This document shows positions 19,719-29,553 of a DNA stretch of 46,960 nt, piece after piece (position 1 is the stretch's first letter; the number at the start of each line of letters is the position of its first letter). Source of the stretch: Thermostichus sp. DRC_bins_24 (GTDB lineage: Bacteria; Cyanobacteriota; Cyanobacteriia; Thermostichales; Thermostichaceae). Position numbers and translations under genes: made by a program. The stretch is from NCBI GenBank assembly GCA_039794845.1, contig JAUQVK010000033.1, positions 1 through 46,960 on the forward strand. The letters are read 5' to 3'. The notes under the pieces are model-generated. The model searched no databases. It saw only the letters and a program-made list of their open reading frames with translations, and was not told where the DNA came from.

Positions 19719-20864
19719 CTACAGGGAGCCCACGATTTCTTCGGCCAACCCAAAAGAAAGGGTCATCCCAGCGCCACCGAGGGCGTTGACGATCGTGACA
19801 CCGGCCTCTGGGGTGTGAACAAATTCCGTTTGACCGAAGAGTTTGGGGTAAACCCCGTTCCAAAACTCAGTGATGTGAAAATCCGGCACTTGGGCGAAGG
19901 TTTTCAGGTAATCGAGAATGTATTGGTTAATGAAGGCCCGGTCGAAGGGCTCGGGGTTGGGGCCATATTCATGAGAGTCCCCAATGGTTAGCTCCCCTTG
20001 TGCATTTTGCGACACCATGACGTGGATCCCCCATTCTGGAAAGTGGGGCGTTTCGGCTTGGATGCGATCTTTCAGGGATCCCAAACTGGGGCAATGGACA
20101 AAAGAGCCGTAGTGGGTCAACGTCAGGCCGCCGCAGAGGGAAGGGCCGATGCGAAACCCCTGCGGCTGAGGGGCGGTGCGCATCATTTGCAGCTTCACTT
20201 TGGTGATGCCACTCTCCGCGAAGATCTGTGGGTAAAGGGTCTCAAAATCAGCCCCGCTACAGACGAAAATGTGCTCGGCTTGCCAAGTTTTCCCGCCCGC
20301 CACCAAGTGGGGCGCGTGGATCTCGGTGACCACCTGGCCGAAATGAAACCTCACCCCGTACTGCTCTGCCAGATACTCCGGTAGCTGCCGAATTGCCTGG
20401 CGCGGATCCACAGTCATTTCTGTACTGCTCCATAGGGATCCCAGCAACCCCTCTGGGACTACAGCCGGGCTTTTTTGCAGGGTTTCAGCAGGGCTGAGCA
20501 AGCGAATGTCATAACCCGCCTCCCGACGGGTGTGGACAAACTCTTCGAGCACCGCCAACTCATCAGGGCGCCGGGCCAAATGCAAAGAGCCACAGGCTTC
20601 TATCGGGATCCCAGCTCGCTCAGCAACCTCCATCCAGATCGCTCGCGAGCGCAGTGCCCTTGACAAAAGGGATCCCTGGGGTTGGCCAATCGGCCAGATC
20701 ATGCCGAAATTGCGAATGGAAGCCCCGACCGCGTAAGGATGTCGCTCGAATACCGCCACCCGCCAGCCTCGTTGGGCCGCTGCTAGGGCATGGGCCAACC
20801 CGACGATTCCGGCCCCCACAATGGCCACATCCAAAACAGCGTCGGTGGTTTGAGGCGACAACAT
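19719..20864 (-). CDS. FAD-dependent oxidoreductase, TIGR03364 (phosphonate-associated amine oxidase) type
   Basis: DVAIVGAGIVGLAHA, GASIRNFGMIWPIGQ, LQMMRT, IGDSHEY, W.GVYPK and GGAGMTLSFG. ATG at 20864. Divergent from an AEP transporter. Confidence 0.88.
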   Translation of the reverse strand: MLSPQTTDAVLDVAIVGAGIVGLAHALAAAQRGWRVAVFERHPYAVGASIRNFGMIWPIGQPQGSLLSRALRSRAIWMEVAERAGIPIEACGSLHLARRPDELAVLEEFVHTRREAGYDIRLLSPAETLQKSPAVVPEGLLGSLWSSTEMTVDPRQAIRQLPEYLAEQYGVRFHFGQVVTEIHAPHLVAGGKTWQAEHIFVCSGADFETLYPQIFAESGITKVKLQMMRTAPQPQGFRIGPSLCGGLTLTHYGSFVHCPSLGSLKDRIQAETPHFPEWGIHVMVSQNAQGELTIGDSHEYGPNPEPFDRAFINQYILDYLKTFAQVPDFHITEFWNGVYPKLFGQTEFVHTPEAGVTIVNALGGAGMTLSFGLAEEIVGSL

Positions 20865-21057
20865 AAGGTGCGAACACAAGGGTAAAGTAGCGCAGGCTAC
20901 AGAGACTACAGAGGTCACTTAAGTATGCAACGGGCCGGGGCACCACAAACACACTAGACCAACCGGAACCTGCGGCTCTAGACTAGCCTTTTATTCCGAA
21001 GGAACTGAGGATCAGCACCAGACTTCTTCAGCTTTTTTCTTTCTTAAGAGAAGAATG

Positions 21058-21087
21058 CTTAATCAGTGCTTAACTCTGGCTTAACCA
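21058..21087 (+). promoter_or_regulatory. Cyanobacterial Pho box (SphR/PhoB site), three tandem repeats
   Basis: CTTAATCA-gtg-CTTAACTC-tgg-CTTAACCA: three 8-mers with 3-bp spacers matching the PyTTAAPyPy(T/A) consensus, upstream of a phosphonate transporter. Confidence 0.85.
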
Positions 21088-21213
21088 AGACTTCCCCGAA
21101 CTCCGGGATGATCTTGGAGGGCCACGCCATGGCTGCTGCGCCAATGGGCTGTTGGGCTTTTGACTTGCTGTGTTGGTTGAGTCCGTACCCTATTCTCTCC
21201 AGGACGTTCATTC

Positions 21214-22266
21214 ATGAGACACCACAGAAAATTGGCTTCGCTGGCCGCATTTTTTCTGCCGATTCTGTTGCTTTTGGGCTTAGGGATCCCTTTGGCGATT
21301 GCCCAAGCCGATAAAACCATCAATGTTTACACCGCCCTCGAAGACGATCAAATTGCGGTGTATTTGCCCCTGTTTGAAAAAGCGCATCCTGATATTAAAG
21401 TCAACATTGTGCGCGACTCCACCGGGGTGGTAACCGCCAAGCTGCTGGCGGAAAAAGATAACCCCCAAGCGGATGCCATCTGGGGGCTGGCGGCTACCAG
21501 TTTGTTGGTGGCCGATCAACAGGGCATGTTGGAACCCTATGCCCCGGCTGGCTTGGATCGCATCTTGCCCGAGTTTCGGGACAGCAGAAATCCGCCCCAC
21601 TGGGTGGGTATTGACACCTACTTCTCGGTGTTTTGCGTCAACACCGTCGAGCTGAACAAGCGCAACCTGCCCATGCCAACCTCCTGGGCTGACTTGACCA
21701 AGCCAGACTATAAAGGTCAGATCGTCATGTCCAACCCGGCCTCTTCCGGTACGGGCTTCCTATCGGTGGCTACCCTGCTGCAAATGAAAGGCGAAGAAGA
21801 AGGCTGGAAGTATCTGGATGCCCTGCACGAAAACATTGCCCAGTATATGCACTCTGGCTCTAAGCCCTGCCGTACCGCCGGTGCTGGCGAATATGTAATT
21901 GGCATTTCCTTCGATTTCCGCGCCATTCGCCAAAAGAACGATGGGGAACCCATCGAAGCTGTTTTCCCCTCCGAGGGATCCGGTTGGGAAGTGGAAGCCA
22001 ATGCCTTGGTGAAAAAAGCACAGATTAAGGATGCTGCCAAAACCTTCCTAGACTGGGCCATTTCCGACGAGATCATGCAGGAGTATGCCAAGAGCTTCCC
22101 GGTGACTGCCGCCAAAACCAATGTGCCGATCCCAGCAGGTTACCCTGCGGATCCGGTGGCACAACTGTTTGCGGGCAACGATCTCAACTGGGCTGCCGCC
22201 AACCGCGAGCGCATCTTGAAAGAGTGGACGGAGAGATACGACGTCAAGTCTGAACCCCGTTCTTAA
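21214..22266 (+). CDS. phnS: Putative 2-aminoethylphosphonate ABC transporter substrate-binding protein (PhnS2/AepX type)
   Basis: Signal peptide, [56 protein letters not shown] and SEGSGWE.EA. Confidence 0.9.
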   Translation: MRHHRKLASLAAFFLPILLLLGLGIPLAIAQADKTINVYTALEDDQIAVYLPLFEKAHPDIKVNIVRDSTGVVTAKLLAEKDNPQADAIWGLAATSLLVADQQGMLEPYAPAGLDRILPEFRDSRNPPHWVGIDTYFSVFCVNTVELNKRNLPMPTSWADLTKPDYKGQIVMSNPASSGTGFLSVATLLQMKGEEEGWKYLDALHENIAQYMHSGSKPCRTAGAGEYVIGISFDFRAIRQKNDGEPIEAVFPSEGSGWEVEANALVKKAQIKDAAKTFLDWAISDEIMQEYAKSFPVTAAKTNVPIPAGYPADPVAQLFAGNDLNWAAANRERILKEWTERYDVKSEPRS

Positions 22267-22283
22267 GGTCAGGATCCCTGACC
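22267..22283 (+). terminator. Perfect hairpin after the binding-protein gene
   Basis: GGTCAGG-ATC-CCTGACC immediately after the stop codon. There is no U-tract, so it may be an mRNA-stabilising stem. Confidence 0.55.
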
Positions 22284-22362
22284 AAGGAGGTCTTGCAGTC
22301 CCTCTCTTTCTAGGCAGGAGGGGAGGGATAAAATCACGGTAACTCTTCTGGGACAGCGGACT

Positions 22363-22947
22363 ATGACCTTTACCCCAACCAAGCTGACCCTGGCGGACTA
22401 CCTGGCCTATCACGACGGTACGGACAGGCGCTACGAATTGGTGGATGGAGTATTGCAGCCAATGTCTCAACCCAGTGGTCGGCATGGGGCTATTTCCGAG
22501 TTTCTCAACGATGAATTCCGGACTGAGATCCGCCGTTTGGGTCGAGATTGGGTGGCCAAACAGGGGTTAATCGGTGTGGAAATTCCCCGTTTGAGAGATG
22601 CGGCTACGGTTCGGATCCCAGATGTTTCTGTTGTAACGCTGAGTCAGTGGCAGAGCCTCTACAACCGAGAAGCCATACTGACCGATTCTGCTCCCCTATT
22701 GGTGGTGGAGGTGGTGAGCTGCAGTTCCCTATCGGAGGACTACCGCCGCAAAAGAGTGGAATACAACACGGTGGAAATTCCCGAATACTGGATTGTCGAT
22801 GCTATTGCCGATCCACGTATTACTTTATTCACCCTGGTGGAAGGTCTTTATGAGGTAGAGATTTTACGGGGATCGGATCGGATCCCTTCACGTCTGTTTT
22901 CAGAGCTTGATTTGACTGTAGAGAGAGTGCTCCAGGCTAATTCATAG
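22363..22947 (+). CDS. Uma2-family endonuclease located inside the ABC transporter operon
   Basis: [30 protein letters not shown]...DY..K..EY and IPEYWIVD. Confidence 0.92.
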   Translation: MTFTPTKLTLADYLAYHDGTDRRYELVDGVLQPMSQPSGRHGAISEFLNDEFRTEIRRLGRDWVAKQGLIGVEIPRLRDAATVRIPDVSVVTLSQWQSLYNREAILTDSAPLLVVEVVSCSSLSEDYRRKRVEYNTVEIPEYWIVDAIADPRITLFTLVEGLYEVEILRGSDRIPSRLFSELDLTVERVLQANS

Positions 22948-22964
22948 AAGAGGCTTATTTAACC

Positions 22965-24098
22965 ATGCAAGGTCTGCATAGTCCGATGGAGTCACCTATC
23001 GGTGTAAGAGAAGCTGAACCCCTTTCATCCCAGGTGGATCCCTATCTGCAACTTCAGCAAATCCGTAAAACCTTTGGTCGCTTTACGGCTCTTTCTGCCA
23101 TTGATCTAGAAGTTCAGCGGGGAGAGTTCATCTGCCTGTTGGGGCCCAGTGGCTGTGGCAAAACAACGCTACTGCGCATTATTGCGGGCTTAGAAGAAGC
23201 CGATTCGGGTCGAATTTGGCAAGCCGGTCAGGAGATCACCGCCCTTCCGCCTTCCCAACGAGATTTCGGCATCGTTTTTCAAAGTTATGCCCTTTTCCCC
23301 AACTTGACCGCGGCCCAGAATATCGCCTATGGCCTGGTGAATGCCGGGATCCCCAAACCCCAACGGGAAGAACGAGTAGAAGAGTTGCTGGCTCTGGTGG
23401 GCTTGTCAGGATCTGGCCCCAAATATCCGGCCCAGCTTTCCGGCGGACAACAACAGCGGATTGCCTTGGCACGGGCTTTGGCGTTGTCACCGGGGTTGTT
23501 GCTGCTGGATGAGCCGCTTTCGGCCTTGGATGCCCAGGTGCGGGCCAACTTGCGCGGGGAGATCGCCCAGTTGCAAAAGCGCTTAGGGGTGACAACGGTG
23601 ATGGTCACCCATGATCAACTAGAAGCCCTGACGATGGCGGATCGAATCGTGGTCATGGATCAGGGATCCATTGTGCAGGTGGGCACACCGCTGGAGATTT
23701 ACCAGAACCCGCTCACTCCCTTCGTGGCTCGCTTCATTGGAGTGATGAACTTTCTGCCGGGGGTGTTGGAGTCTTCCGGCCAGGCGCGGTGCCGGAACTA
23801 TGGGTTACAAGTACAGAACCCCAAAGCTGTGCCGGTGGGATCCCCGGTGACGTTGGCCATTCGCCCAGAAGACATTCGTGTCGGCGTGTCCTCAAGCGGA
23901 AATACCTTAGAAGCGGAAGTGCTGCGTTCTGAGTTTTTGGGGGCAGTGTACCGGCTGTGGCTACGGGTAGGCGATGGTTTGGAACTGATCCTGGATTTGT
24001 CGGTACAAGAGGCTCGGCGGGCCCAAATTCAGAGGGATCGGCCCCTGACGGTTCAGTTGCCCCCTGAACAAATTCATCTGTTTGAGGCACAGCCATGA
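22965..24098 (+). CDS. phnT: Putative 2-AEP ABC transporter ATP-binding protein (PhnT2 type)
   Basis: Walker [40 protein letters not shown] and a C-terminal TOBE domain. Confidence 0.88.
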   Translation: MQGLHSPMESPIGVREAEPLSSQVDPYLQLQQIRKTFGRFTALSAIDLEVQRGEFICLLGPSGCGKTTLLRIIAGLEEADSGRIWQAGQEITALPPSQRDFGIVFQSYALFPNLTAAQNIAYGLVNAGIPKPQREERVEELLALVGLSGSGPKYPAQLSGGQQQRIALARALALSPGLLLLDEPLSALDAQVRANLRGEIAQLQKRLGVTTVMVTHDQLEALTMADRIVVMDQGSIVQVGTPLEIYQNPLTPFVARFIGVMNFLPGVLESSGQARCRNYGLQVQNPKAVPVGSPVTLAIRPEDIRVGVSSSGNTLEAEVLRSEFLGAVYRLWLRVGDGLELILDLSVQEARRAQIQRDRPLTVQLPPEQIHLFEAQP

Positions 24099-25867
24099 CC
24101 AGCGTTAGCCGGGATAGGGCCATCGGGGAGATGGGATCCCCAGGTTTAACAGGTCAGCGGGATCCCCTTGGACGCAAAATCACCCGCGAAGATTGGCTGC
24201 AACGGGGTTTGATCCTGCTGGTGGCTTTGTGGCTGTTGGTGGCGGTGGTCTTACCCCTGGGGCAGATCCTCAGTCGCAGCCTGGTGAATGCCAACGGCGA
24301 ATGGGTGGGGCTGGCCAACTACCGCACCTATTTCACCACCCCCGGCTTGGCCATTTCCATGCGCAATACGATGTGGGTCTCGATCAGCAGCACCCTCATC
24401 TCGGTCGGGTTGGGGTTTGGCTATGCCTATGCCCTCACTCGCACCTGTATGCCCCTGAAGGGGTTGATGCGCCTGCTGGTGATGTTGCCCCTTTATCTGC
24501 CTTCCTTGGCCCAGGCGATTGGGTTGATCTATTTGTTTGGCAATCAAGGATTGGTTTCAACGGGCTTGTTTGGCCTGCTGCCAGAGTGGCGTATTGGGCT
24601 TTACGGCCCTACTGGGATCATCCTGGGGGAATCTCTGTACTGTCTGCCGCAGGCGGTGTTAATTCTCAGTACGGCCCTACTGCTGGCGGATGCGCGGCTC
24701 TATGAAGCCAGTTTGGCCCTGCGTACTCCCACCTGGCGCACCTTCTGGACGGTGACCCTGCCCGGGATCCGCTTTGGTTTGGTCAGTGCCCTTTTTGTCT
24801 GCTTTACCCTCGTCTTTACGGATTTCGGCGTGCCCAAGGTGGTGGGGGGCAACTACAACGTCTTGGCGACGGATATCTACAAGCAGGTGATCGGCCAGCA
24901 AAATTTGGTAATGGGCGCCACGATCAGCGTGTTGATGTTGGTGCCGACGGTGATCGCTTTTGGGGTGGATCGGCTGGTTCAACAGCGGCAGGTGGCTTTG
25001 GTGGGCAGTCGGGTGGTGCCCTATCAACCTCGTCCCAACCCCTGGCTAGATTGGGGATCCCTGATTTTTTGTGTGCTGGTAGCGGGGGCAATTCTTTCGG
25101 TGCTGGGGGCGTTGTTGGTGGCCTCGTTGGTGCGGGTATGGCCCTATCAGCTCACCCTCAGCTTCCGCCACTACAACCTCAATGCCGCACCGGGGGGTGG
25201 GTATCCTGCCTATTGGAATAGCTTGCGCATGTCGGCCTACACAGCACTTTTTGGCACGATCATCGTGTTCATTAGTGCCTATTTGGTGGAAAAAAGTCGG
25301 CAATGGCCAAAGTTGCGCTCTTTGATTTATTTTGCCTCTACGCTGCCGGTGGCGCTGCCAGGATTGGTACTGGGCTTGGCCTACATTTTCTTTTTTAATA
25401 CCCCCAGTTGGGCAGGGATCCCCAACCCCTTTAATGGCCTCTACAGCACCATGAGCTTACTGGTCATTTGCAATGTGATCCACTTCTACACCGTTAGTTT
25501 TCTCACCGCCAGCACCGCCCTCAAACAATTGGATCCCGAATTTGAAGCGGTGGGATCCTCTTTGGGTGTACCTTTCTACCGCACTTTTTGGCGAGTGACC
25601 ACGCCCCTATGTTTGCCCGCCATTTTACAGATTGGTACCTTTTTCTTTGTGCAGGCGATGGTAACGGTTTCAGCAGTGATTTTCTTGTATCCCCCCAACT
25701 TGCGCTTGGCTTCTGTGGCGGTGGTCAATATGGATGATGCCGGCAATACGGCTTCGGCAGCGGCAATGTCTACGCTGATCGTGGTCACCAGTCTCGGGAT
25801 CCAACTGCTCTATTGGGCAGCCACCACTCGCTTGCGCCGTTGGAGCCAGGCTTGGAAGGAACGGTAA
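24095..25867 (+). CDS. phnU: Putative 2-AEP ABC transporter permease with two TM domains (PhnU2 type)
   Basis: Two EAA-type loops ([17 protein letters not shown]), [28 protein letters not shown] and MDDAG..A.AAAM. Overlaps phnT at ATGA. Confidence 0.88.
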   Translation: MTSVSRDRAIGEMGSPGLTGQRDPLGRKITREDWLQRGLILLVALWLLVAVVLPLGQILSRSLVNANGEWVGLANYRTYFTTPGLAISMRNTMWVSISSTLISVGLGFGYAYALTRTCMPLKGLMRLLVMLPLYLPSLAQAIGLIYLFGNQGLVSTGLFGLLPEWRIGLYGPTGIILGESLYCLPQAVLILSTALLLADARLYEASLALRTPTWRTFWTVTLPGIRFGLVSALFVCFTLVFTDFGVPKVVGGNYNVLATDIYKQVIGQQNLVMGATISVLMLVPTVIAFGVDRLVQQRQVALVGSRVVPYQPRPNPWLDWGSLIFCVLVAGAILSVLGALLVASLVRVWPYQLTLSFRHYNLNAAPGGGYPAYWNSLRMSAYTALFGTIIVFISAYLVEKSRQWPKLRSLIYFASTLPVALPGLVLGLAYIFFFNTPSWAGIPNPFNGLYSTMSLLVICNVIHFYTVSFLTASTALKQLDPEFEAVGSSLGVPFYRTFWRVTTPLCLPAILQIGTFFFVQAMVTVSAVIFLYPPNLRLASVAVVNMDDAGNTASAAAMSTLIVVTSLGIQLLYWAATTRLRRWSQAWKER

Positions 25868-25893
25868 CCTGACCTTGAACCCAAGCCAAACAT

Positions 25894-26459
25894 TCACGGT
25901 CTTTTCATCTGTAGTCAGCCAAACACGTCTTCTGCGGTCAGCATCAACGGAATGTCTTGCAAAACAACCAATCTCTGGCCATCGCGCAACAAATCCGGTA
26001 GCCGATCCGGCTGAAAAATCATGACCGAACAATCTTCAGGATCAATCAGCCAACCCAGACAGCAGCCATGCCTGAGGCAGTGGAGTATATTTCCTGTCAC
26101 TCGGTTTGAGCTTTGCTCAGGGGATAAAATCTCGATCACTCAATCGGGAGCCATCCAAACATCATCCAGAGGTTCTCCGTTTTCACCAAGCAGGATCCGT
26201 TGCCAGAGAAACACGGCAATATCTGGAACAATAGACCGTTCCCCAAAGTACATCGCAGCTCTGGAAAGGCATAAGCTATCTGTTCTGGCTCGCTCACTTC
26301 GTTGATTGCATGGATGAGTTTCCCTTGCAGCCGTGAGTGACGAGACTTGGGTACAGGTTTTGGGCTCACATGGCCATCAATATATTCATTCTTTGGCTTT
26401 GTCTCGGGCAACTTGAGAAAGTCTTCTAAGGTTAAGGGGGGTGATTTGGCAAGGGTCAT
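25894..26459 (-). pseudogene. Uma2-family endonuclease pseudogene
   Basis: LTLEDFLKLPETKP..EYIDG...HSRLQ...ELRCT. A 1-nt loss near 26245 shifts the frame before ERSIVPDIAVF. In-frame TGA codons stand at expected Trp positions (APD*VIEILSP at 26140-26142; VFG*L at 25915-25917). Confidence 0.85.
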
Positions 26460-26607
26460 ATGGGTTCTGCCAAAAACTTGCACCTAGTGTATCAAGGGGC
26501 TTGACTGGCTTGTAGAGAAGAGCATCCTGGGATCCCATCTGGACAACCTGGAGATTCAGTCGCTTGCTGGAGGATTTACACTGATGGACTCGCATTGGTA
26601 AGCAGTT

Positions 26608-28071
26608 GTGGATTTACAGGCACACTTACAGGCAGATTTGGTTCAGGTTTTTGAGGCCTTTCAACTACCGGGCCTAGCGGTGGCAGTGCTGGCAAATGGG
26701 GAGATCTCCCAATTTGAGTTTGGCTACCGGGATCTGGCCACACAAGAACCCTTCACCTGCAACACCCTCTGCCTGGTGGCTTCTACAACCAAGTCTTTTA
26801 CTGCGGGTCTGGCCGGGAGCCTTGTGGATAACGGACAGGTTGGTTGGCAAGAGCCGGTGCGCCATTACTGGCCAGAGTTGCGCTTGCTGGATGAAGAAGC
26901 AACCCGATTGATGACCCTGACGGATATGCTCTGCCACCGTACGGGTTTGCCCTACCACGAAAACCTGCTGGCCGAGGGAGTAGGGCGGGATCTCCCCGGT
27001 AGCGGGCGGGATTATCGACAGAAACTGCTGAAACGTCTGGCCTACTTTGATCCCTCTCAGCCCTTTCGCACCGAGTTTCAGTACCAAGACATTGTGTACA
27101 CCTGTGCCGGGGCCCTTTTGGAAATCCTCACCGACCGCGACTACGAAGACCTCATCCAAGAGCATTGGTTGGATCCCTTGGGCATGGTGGATAGCACCTT
27201 TTCTCGTCGAGAAGCCTTGGCCACCGGGCGGTTGGCACAGGGGTATGGCTGGGTCGAAGGGGAAATCCAACCCATTCCCCACTGCGATACCCGCTACATT
27301 GCCCCATCCGCCGGACTTTATAGCACTGCGTCTGATCTGATGCGTTGGCTGCAACTGCAACTGGCGGGGGGAGTTTGGGAAGGTACGCCTCTCATTTCGC
27401 CGGCCAGTTTGAGGTGGATCCATCGCCCCCACATGGCTGTTGGGGCAGCCGTTTCAGTGGTGGGTGGGGGGTTGGCAACCTACGGGCTGGGTTGGATGCA
27501 AAGCCAAATCGGCTCAGAAGTGATGCTCTCTCACGGTGGCTCCTTCAATGGCTATCGCACCACGATGGCTTTTATCCCGGCGCAGCGGCTGGCAGTGGCG
27601 GTACTAACCAACTTGAACCTCAGCAATGCCAATACCGTCGGGACTTTGGTGGCTTTGGATCGGTTGCTCGGTCAGCCCCAGGTGGGATCCCGAGTGGCCT
27701 ATGGCCAAACGGTGGCCGCTCAATTTGCCCAGCAGGCAGCCGCAGCGGAACAAGCCTTTTGGGCGGGGCGGGATCCCAATGCTGTGCCCCAACATCCCCT
27801 GGACAACTATGTGGGCCAGTTTCAACACCCCGGCTACGGCAGCTTCAGCATCACCCAGACTGAGGGTCGCCTTTGGCAAACCTACGATGGCCGCACCTAC
27901 CCATTGGAGCCCTACAACGGCGAAACCTTCAGTACCCGATTTCAATCCACAGAAAATCGTCTCTTGCCCCTGAGCCTGAGCTTTGAGAGCGATGCCGAAG
28001 GAGAGGTCGTGGCGGTGCGGATCCCGATTGTGGAAGATATTGCCCCGCCGAGATTTGTACGGATTGCCTGA
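26608..28071 (+). CDS. Serine hydrolase, beta-lactamase/AmpC fold with C-terminal DUF3471-like domain
   Basis: SxxK (ASTTK), LCHRTGL, YQD in place of YxN, HGGS and YVGQF.HPGYG. No signal peptide. GTG start. Confidence 0.85.
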   Translation: MDLQAHLQADLVQVFEAFQLPGLAVAVLANGEISQFEFGYRDLATQEPFTCNTLCLVASTTKSFTAGLAGSLVDNGQVGWQEPVRHYWPELRLLDEEATRLMTLTDMLCHRTGLPYHENLLAEGVGRDLPGSGRDYRQKLLKRLAYFDPSQPFRTEFQYQDIVYTCAGALLEILTDRDYEDLIQEHWLDPLGMVDSTFSRREALATGRLAQGYGWVEGEIQPIPHCDTRYIAPSAGLYSTASDLMRWLQLQLAGGVWEGTPLISPASLRWIHRPHMAVGAAVSVVGGGLATYGLGWMQSQIGSEVMLSHGGSFNGYRTTMAFIPAQRLAVAVLTNLNLSNANTVGTLVALDRLLGQPQVGSRVAYGQTVAAQFAQQAAAAEQAFWAGRDPNAVPQHPLDNYVGQFQHPGYGSFSITQTEGRLWQTYDGRTYPLEPYNGETFSTRFQSTENRLLPLSLSFESDAEGEVVAVRIPIVEDIAPPRFVRIA

Positions 28072-28205
28072 AGAAAAGGCTCCTTGTTTGCTGGCCAAGG
28101 GATCCCTGCTTTGGGGCTTTTCGACAGGGGGCTCTTGGCTAAGGGAAATCCTTGCTGCTTTAGCATGGGCAGGTATTGCCTGTTGCACGCTCAAGGAGGC
28201 TAATC

Positions 28206-29543
28206 ATGAGACGGCTGCTGATGCACAATCCCATCGCCGTTGCCACCCTTTGGATCGTGGCCTATATTGCCCTAACGCTGTTCCCGCTGCTGGTGTTGCT
28301 CTTGTACCCGGTGCCGACAGGGCGGGGCTTTTGGCTGGAGTTTTCCGTGGCGTTGGGCTTCATTGGGCTGGCGATGATGGCGCTGCAATTTGTCCTGACG
28401 GCTCGGGTGAACCGCATTGAGTCTTCCTACGGCATCGATATTCTGCTGCAGTTCCATCGCTACACCTCTTTGGTGGCCTTTGTCATGGTGCTGGTGCATC
28501 CGCTCATTCTCTTCATCATTCAGCCCGAAAGCTTGCAACTGCTGAACTTCCCCCAGGCTCCTTGGCGGGCCCGCATGGCGGTATTGGGCACGTTGGCCTT
28601 TTTGGCGATGGTGGTAACCACCCTTTGGCGCAAGCCGTTGCGGATCCCGTACGAACCGTGGCGGGCTTCCCACAGCATTTTGGCTGTGTTGGCGGTGGGG
28701 TTGGGGTTTGGACACGCCGTGGGGGTGGGCAACTATCTGGGGCTGTTTTGGAAGGCTGTGCTCTGGACGGGGTTTATGCTGGTGTCTTTGTGGTTGATCC
28801 TCTACGTCCGTTTGGTGAAGCCCTGGATGATGACCCAAAAGCCCTACGTGGTCGAGGAGGTGATCCCTCAACGGGGCAACGTCTGGACGCTGGCCCTCAA
28901 GCCCCTGGGCCACGATGGGTTTACCTTCCAGCCCGGTCAGTTTGCCTGGCTGACTTTGAACATCACCCCCTTCAGCATGCGGGAACACCCTTTTTCCATG
29001 TCTTCGAGTGGGGATCGTGCGGATCGCATCGAGTTTGGCATTAAGGCGATTGGCGATTTCACCCGCCGCATCAAAGACGTAAAACCGGGTACCCGCGCCT
29101 ATTTGGATGGCCCCTACGGGGTCTTCACCACAGAACGCTACTGGGACAGTGCTGGCTTTGTCTTGATTGCCGGGGGGGTGGGCATTACCCCGATTTACAG
29201 CATGTTGCTAACCGCTGCCGAACGAAAAGACGACCGCCCGTTTTTGTTGATTTATTCGGCGCCTTCCTGGGAGGAGGTGACCTATCGGGAAGAATTGGAG
29301 GGCCTGAAGGAGAAGCTGGATCTAACCCTTGTGTACGTGTTGCGCCAGGCCACGGAAGAATGGAAGGGAGAAACAGGCTATGTGGATCGTGCCCTTCTGG
29401 AAAAATACATTCCGCTGCATCGGGGAAGTCGGCAATATTTTATTTGTGCCGCACCCGTGATGATGGATGCGGTGGAGCGCGCCTTGTTTGAGCTTGAGGT
29501 TCCCGTAACCCATGTGCACATCGAGCACTTCGATTTGGCGTGA
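28206..29543 (+). CDS. Ferric-reductase-like transmembrane flavocytochrome (FAD/NAD-binding)
   Basis: TM heme His residues (FHRY, VHP, SHS, GHA), FQPGQF, EHPFS, DGPYG, IAGGVGITP and FICA. RBS AGGAGG precedes ATG 28206. Confidence 0.9.
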   Translation: MRRLLMHNPIAVATLWIVAYIALTLFPLLVLLLYPVPTGRGFWLEFSVALGFIGLAMMALQFVLTARVNRIESSYGIDILLQFHRYTSLVAFVMVLVHPLILFIIQPESLQLLNFPQAPWRARMAVLGTLAFLAMVVTTLWRKPLRIPYEPWRASHSILAVLAVGLGFGHAVGVGNYLGLFWKAVLWTGFMLVSLWLILYVRLVKPWMMTQKPYVVEEVIPQRGNVWTLALKPLGHDGFTFQPGQFAWLTLNITPFSMREHPFSMSSSGDRADRIEFGIKAIGDFTRRIKDVKPGTRAYLDGPYGVFTTERYWDSAGFVLIAGGVGITPIYSMLLTAAERKDDRPFLLIYSAPSWEEVTYREELEGLKEKLDLTLVYVLRQATEEWKGETGYVDRALLEKYIPLHRGSRQYFICAAPVMMDAVERALFELEVPVTHVHIEHFDLA

Positions 29544-29553
29544 GGAGGTCAGC

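Noticed and set aside
21214..25867. Iron(III) or polyamine ABC transporter
   Set aside because: It is in the same superfamily, but the binding-protein motifs (VYTALE, RDSTG, HSGSKPC), the Pho box and the neighbouring oxidase point to aminoethylphosphonate.
25915..26142. TGA recoding (Trp or selenocysteine) in the third Uma2 gene
   Set aside because: The gene also has a frameshift, and TGA is a normal stop in many neighbouring genes. Pseudogenisation is the simpler explanation.
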